DNA from: Tubiluchus corallicola
Taxonomy: Eukaryota; Animalia; Priapulida
DNA length: 64,000 nucleotides
Direction: 5' to 3'
NCBI GenBank assembly: GCA_030141605.1
Contig: JAQGDQ010000221.1
Location: 248,001 to 312,000, forward strand
Both the position numbers and the translations under genes were made by a program. Below the pieces are notes generated by a model. The model ran no database searches, had not been told where the DNA came from, and saw only the letters and a list, made by a program, of their open reading frames with translations. Shown piece after piece: positions 58,801 through 64,000 of this stretch. Positions within the stretch are counted from its first letter, which is position 1, and each line of letters begins with the position of its first letter.

Positions 58801-60067
58801 CTGTACGCCTTTTAGGAGTTAACATTCGTTTCGACTGAGTGGCACTGTTTGACAATAAAACATTCTTCAAAAAACATAAATCCATGTACAAGACGTGTTT
58901 TCTTTAATAACCTATAAATATTATGGTTGCATTGTTTTTTTTGGCGTGATATTCTAATGTAGATTGTCTGTTTTGGCCCATAGCCTAATCTAAAAATTGT
59001 CATCCGATTGATTAATGTACCGAATTATCATGTAATTCAAATAGGACATGCAATATACCAATGGAGAGATACTGTTCCTAGCACACATAGCTGCAATACG
59101 TATATACATATTGCAGCTATGTGTGCTATATATATATATATGTACTTGGGTTTACTAACCTATACTTTATTTTTGCCTACTGTCCACTTTGATGTCATCC
59201 ATAAATAATGCAAGAAAACTCATGCCCAGAATTTTCTGAAATACCTTCTCATACCAGAAGTCAGAACAAATCCAGTTATGTAATCGTTTCAGAGCTTCAA
59301 ATATAGACAAGCCATCAGTCTAGGAACTCTAACAATACATTTACATACTCAGCCAATAATTGCGAAGATATCAACTGACATCAATTCTGACCATTATCGC
59401 AATTAAAACATTATTGGGCCAACAACTCTTAGCTGTTCTTGCATAATCAAAAGCTATGCAAGGGAACAGTTTTGGTTCCTGTGCAATTTGTACTAATGCC
59501 ATAATATTATCTAATAGCTGTAGGCGTTTTTGGCCTTAACATTCGTTTCGACTGACTACCACTGTTTCAGACAACAAAACATTCTTAAAAAATCATAAAT
59601 CTATACAAAAAACTAGTTTTATTTAATAAAATGTAAATATTATGATTGTATTGTTTTTGTTTGACGTGATACTCTAAGAATGCTGACTGCCTGCTTTGGT
59701 ACATTGCCTAATCTAAAAAATTTCATCCGACTGATTAATGTACCGAATTATCACGAAATTCAAATGCGACATGCAATACTAATGGAAAGATTCGTCTGCT
59801 ATATAGGCAATCAATCCATTTTCTTGCAAAAATACATATACCACTACCAGTACAAATTACTATACTGTGTCTAGCGCACATAGCTGCAACATACACACGC
59901 ACGCACGCGCGCGCGCGCACACACACACACACACATATACATACATACTTAAGCTTACGATATATAGGCTTATATCTATACATACCATCTTTTTGTACAT
60001 CCTGGGCAAAACTAACTATGATTTCCCAAGCTAGGTACATAACGCACAGGAATTCTTTATTGGTCAT
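55899..60067 (-). CDS. Single-CUB type-I membrane protein: signal peptide, CUB, S/T-rich stalk, TM, acidic Tyr-motif tail, ~480 aa
   Basis: Minus-strand exons 59986-60067 (MTNKEFLCVMYLAWEIIVSFAQ), 58033-58431 (CUB: CNGTI...VQSQDYPDPYGASLDCTWII...FSLE...CDDYVNIG...FCG...VTFHTDKRSVATGFQFY), 57401-57664 (S/T-rich, GC donor), 57040-57121 (LVIIASCSLMAVTSIFA), 55899-56514. Phases 1,1,1,2 are consistent, total 1443 nt. Confidence 0.8.
58585..59900. repeat. Old tandem duplication (~58585-59110 vs ~59258-59900) in CUB gene intron 1
   Basis: Shared blocks ATCCAGTTATGTAATCGTTTCAG, TTAACATTCGTTTCGACTGA, TGATTAATGTACCGAATTATCA and CACATAGCTGCAA occur in the same order. Confidence 0.85.
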
Positions 60068-61114
60068 TCTCGGCGTATTACTACTTTTTTAGTAAATGGA
60101 CGTTTAGTAGGATATGTAGACCGGCTACGCCAGAAGATAAGTAACCTCGGATTTTGCACACTGCAGCATATTGCTCATATTTCTTGCACAACAAACTATG
60201 TACGGGAAACTGAAGCAGGAAAGAATATGGATATGACGTCAAAGCTTTCCGCATATAGGCTAATCCAGGGGATAATCAGTATGGTTAGCTGGGAAAAGCT
60301 CGACTGATTTGATACATGAATTTACCTAATTTGACAAAAAAGTTATGTTACATAACTATAGTATTGAAATCTATGTTTTGACTTTGAATTGCAGAATATT
60401 AGCACACGACAAACTGTTTAGATAGTTCAGGGCACGTAGTTCGCATGCTTGAGCTGGATAACTAAGAGCTGTGGTCAGTGAGTATCTCTCCCAGCTAATT
60501 GGGGCACTGAGTAGAGTCCACTTGGAGTCTTGGACACTACTAGTTGCTTGCTTACTGTTTACTGATTCAATAAGATCAATGTATAAGTTTTTAGAAAATT
60601 TGTACAGCGTATAGAATATAAGGAATACGCGTTATGCAAAGAAAATCTACAAGGACTGTAAACCAATTACCGTTAAACATTTGTACCCATTACATCACAG
60701 GTGCATTCTAGTAACAAATACATCTTGTTTTTGATCAATATTTCCGTATATGATGCGCAGCATTTAAATAAATTTATACACGCAATTTGCACCCCTGCGC
60801 AAGTCTATTAAGCTTCCAAGGAACTGATTTGGATTGAGAATCATTGGCCTGAGGTGGGTGTCAGATCATGTGCAGAAAATACGTCAGGCCACGATAAAAA
60901 TAAGTGAAGTTGTGTGAATCTTTAAAGTACCTACTGCATTACCTTCTGGGAGTAAGGGATATTCTGGTGTTTCGTGATCATTTTCTTGCTACACTATAAC
61001 AATAATTGTGGCTTTCAATGCATATTATCTAGAACTGTGCTTCATTATTACTGTTGATTTTTATTGCATATGAACTTTGGCATAAGGAAGCGGAACATCT
61101 TTTAACACTCGAAG

Positions 61115-62491
61115 ATGAGTCACTGCATCAGGGACCACATTTTTCTATTCACAACTGTTGGCATAATCATACTTAGTTCTGGAATGCTTTCATCCACCGG
61201 AAGAATGGAACCTTATGAGAAAGGGAACAGTTCATCAGAAGCACGTGAGAACTGCAATACAAAAAGGTTCTGCAACCGGACACTGAAGGAACCTCAACAC
61301 TCGCTACAAGGAGCAATGTTGCGTGTAGGATTGTGGGTAGACGACGAAGAGGTTGAACCGCTGGTGCTACCATTATTGAAGGTCCTGAGTGAGACCATCA
61401 ATTTCACCTACTCCTTGCATCACTTTACACCGAGCCATGGTAACTACACAACCATTGCCAGACTTGGCAATGTCGATCTGATCCTTTCGCCACTTGTTCT
61501 GACTGTCGAGCGGACAGAGACGCTAACATTTCTCCACGTTTTCTGGAACTCTCCACAGTCGGTTATTTTCCGACGGGAAGATTTTGCTCAGTCTGCTGAT
61601 GCTTCCCTCCTTTCGCCATTTACCTTATCAGTTTGGCTCATGTTGATGGCATCCAGTATTGTGTGTGGAGTATTGATGTACGCAGAGGAGAAAATCTACG
61701 TGCAGCACAACAACAGTGTCCTTCCCAGCGTGGGGTACTTTGTTCGGTATACACTGGCGTCCTTCTTGCAAAAAGATGGAAATATTTTACCATGTGGACT
61801 GTCTTCACGTACGATGATGTCCCTTTGGTGGATATTTGCCCTGGTGATGACAGCCACATACACGGGTACATTGATTGGAACTCTTTTTCTCACTACAGCC
61901 ACTTTTCCTGTGACATCTCTGGCAGATTTTGCAGAAGGCCCTTTTGCACCAGCCATTGCCTCGCATTGGTCCATAGCAGAATCGCTACGTAATAGTCCGC
62001 CGTATTCGTTGTTTGGTAAATTGTGGACGAAAGTGGAAGAGGACGACAACTTACCAGTTAGAACTTTGGAGCAGGCTATTGATCTCGTCGCAACGCAAAA
62101 GTATGGAGTTGTGGCGACCAGAAACTATTTGAAGCTGGTGATGATGAAGGACTATCAAAAACACGGCAGATGTCGCTTCCAATTCGCTCCTTTTGACTTG
62201 TCCACAGCGGTGTACTCCAGTTGGTGTGTGCCGAAAGGAAGTCCATACACAGACGTCTTGAACTATGGCTTCTTGCAATTGACACAAATTGGAATTCTCG
62301 AAAAGGCCATAGAAAAGTTCTTGATGCAAGATGGGTACCATTGTCTGCTGCCGCCTAAACAGATGATGCAGTCACGTATGCTGCTTATGGAACATCTAAA
62401 TCCGGTGTTTTATGTTTTAATTTGTGGTCTTGTATTAGCAGGAATGCTGCTCTTGATGGAACGTGTTTGGACAAGAATTAAAACCATATAG
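61115..62491 (+). CDS. Intronless variant ionotropic receptor (IR-like iGluR lacking the amino-terminal domain), 458 aa
   Basis: Single ORF with N-terminal hydrophobic stretch, S1 (VDLILSPLVLTVER), M1 (LLSPFTLSVWLML), pore (LASFLQKDG), M3 (SRTMMSLWWIFALVMTATYTGTLIGTL), S2 (PVTSLADFA...PKGSPYTDVLNYGFLQLTQIGIL), M4 (VFYVLICGLVLAGMLLLME) and a very short C-tail. Confidence 0.9.
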   Translation: MSHCIRDHIFLFTTVGIIILSSGMLSSTGRMEPYEKGNSSSEARENCNTKRFCNRTLKEPQHSLQGAMLRVGLWVDDEEVEPLVLPLLKVLSETINFTYSLHHFTPSHGNYTTIARLGNVDLILSPLVLTVERTETLTFLHVFWNSPQSVIFRREDFAQSADASLLSPFTLSVWLMLMASSIVCGVLMYAEEKIYVQHNNSVLPSVGYFVRYTLASFLQKDGNILPCGLSSRTMMSLWWIFALVMTATYTGTLIGTLFLTTATFPVTSLADFAEGPFAPAIASHWSIAESLRNSPPYSLFGKLWTKVEEDDNLPVRTLEQAIDLVATQKYGVVATRNYLKLVMMKDYQKHGRCRFQFAPFDLSTAVYSSWCVPKGSPYTDVLNYGFLQLTQIGILEKAIEKFLMQDGYHCLLPPKQMMQSRMLLMEHLNPVFYVLICGLVLAGMLLLMERVWTRIKTI

Positions 62492-64000
62492 CTTAACTTA
62501 CATGCCGCTTACAAATTTTTTTTGTCCGATATTATTCTTGTGTAAAAACTATGTAGTGGTAGGCCTATATTGGCACGTTAAAGTTGTTCAATACAGTTAA
62601 ATGTTCTGCTCTACAACCTGGGATACTGTACTCAGTTTCAGGATTTATTCATTGTAAAAATTTAGCACTCATTTATTCAGTGTGACAGCACCGGAATATA
62701 AATCATTAACAGAGATAACCTTGTATGATAAGACTAAACCAGCACAAGCACATGTACTTAATTCAGATTTCAGAGACTAGACATCTCCCCCCCCCAATTT
62801 TCAAGTTTTTCCCGCTTTAACAAAATCCTTCATTTTCTTCCCGTAATGATATCGTATCCCACTCAGCATTTATATTGCCTTGTGTTTAGTGACGCTGTAA
62901 GCAGTCTTCTGCCTAGATCAATGTACACCATTATCATGCCTTATTTACCTTCATGTGTTTAGATAAAAGGAAGGTTTGGTAATAACGATAAAAATGTTTA
63001 CAAAGGTGTACAAAATAGTGGATATAATGAATGCTTTTATGGTACATAATAGAGTTTTCTCATAGCAGTATTATGTTACGAACAGTTTAAAGTAATGAAC
63101 GTAAAAACCCGCTTTGTAATTATAGAAAGTTTGGGACAGAAAAGTTACCAGAGTTGGTGGTAAATCGATTTGCGAATTTAAAAGAGCTGCTACAAATGAA
63201 ACAATAAGTACTTAGGCAGGCCAGAGCTGGAAATGAGTCCGTTGGTCAAGGGTTGTGTGTCACTGTTTTCAAATGGGTCAGGTGGGTGTGGATCATTTGA
63301 CCCAGGTAAAAATGACATTATCATATCGTGTTAAAAATGATATAAACTCATTTTTAGTGAGATCTATAGAATCACAACCCACAGAACTCTATAAAAACAG
63401 GTTAATTTTAAAACTGCAGTTTCTAGCAGTCATTTTTTTGCAGAAGAAGAAAAAAATTAGAACGGATGATTGGGTTAGTAACTCAAAAAACCATGTAAAG
63501 TGAATTGACAGTGTAATTGAATGAGTGTAAAAATCAGTGTCCTGATGACGATAAATTTCCTAGGGTTTTGCGTAAACAGACGACTTGGTACTGTGATGGA
63601 CAAGCTGACAGCCTCACCGCTGAATACTCCAAAAACTTCGGAACTGGGAGAGTGTTCATCTAAACTGCTTATAGTGCAACTGCATTTCGTATGCATACAA
63701 CCTTTTAACACTTATAGGGTCACGATTTTTTACAACCGATTTTGTTAACCGGGGGGGGGGGGTAAAGAATTACCCCCACCTTAATTCGTAAATTACTTTT
63801 GATAAACCTTATCTGTGGTTATGCTGACCACCATAGGATACATTATACCTCTGCTTAAAGACATGTGACTTACTAATAATACGAAATTTAAATTCACTTA
63901 GTTACGTTCCCTTATCTATGCTGGGATAACTGTAGACAACCGACATTGCTGGCGCGTGTGCAAAAATCATTGTTATTTTGAATTTATTGTCTACTACTTT

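Noticed and set aside
61633-62341. Overlapping alternative-frame and antisense ORFs within the IR gene
   Set aside because: These are shadow ORFs of a GC-richer coding region with no motifs.

Overview
AT-rich, intron-containing animal genomic DNA. The intronless IR-type receptor suggests a protostome invertebrate, which is an inference. Six protein-coding genes were rebuilt by hand from splice sites and frame/phase continuity: mitochondrial phosphate carrier SLC25A3 (+, 4701-16165), SEC13 (-, 18602-25248), APEX2 (+, 27440-33614, one GC-AG intron), an NMDA-type glutamate receptor subunit with an altered gate motif SYTAKNAAL (+, 35854-54086), a single-CUB type-I membrane protein with a tail of repeated ENDxY motifs (-, 55899-60067), and an intronless ATD-less ionotropic receptor (+, 61115-62491). 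SLC25A3 intron 6 carries a SNORA53-like H/ACA snoRNA. Introns contain many non-autonomous DNA transposons (TTAA-flanked Kolobok-like and piggyBac-like, hAT-like), LINE/SINE remnants, mini- and microsatellites and local duplications. The most interesting observations are (i) the NMDAR / CUB-TM / IR cluster, (ii) a hammerhead-ribozyme-bearing palindrome and inverted MITEs inside the NMDAR gene, and (iii) palindromic elements whose arms are outward-facing tRNA-like modules. All family assignments rest on recalled motifs; no searches were run.
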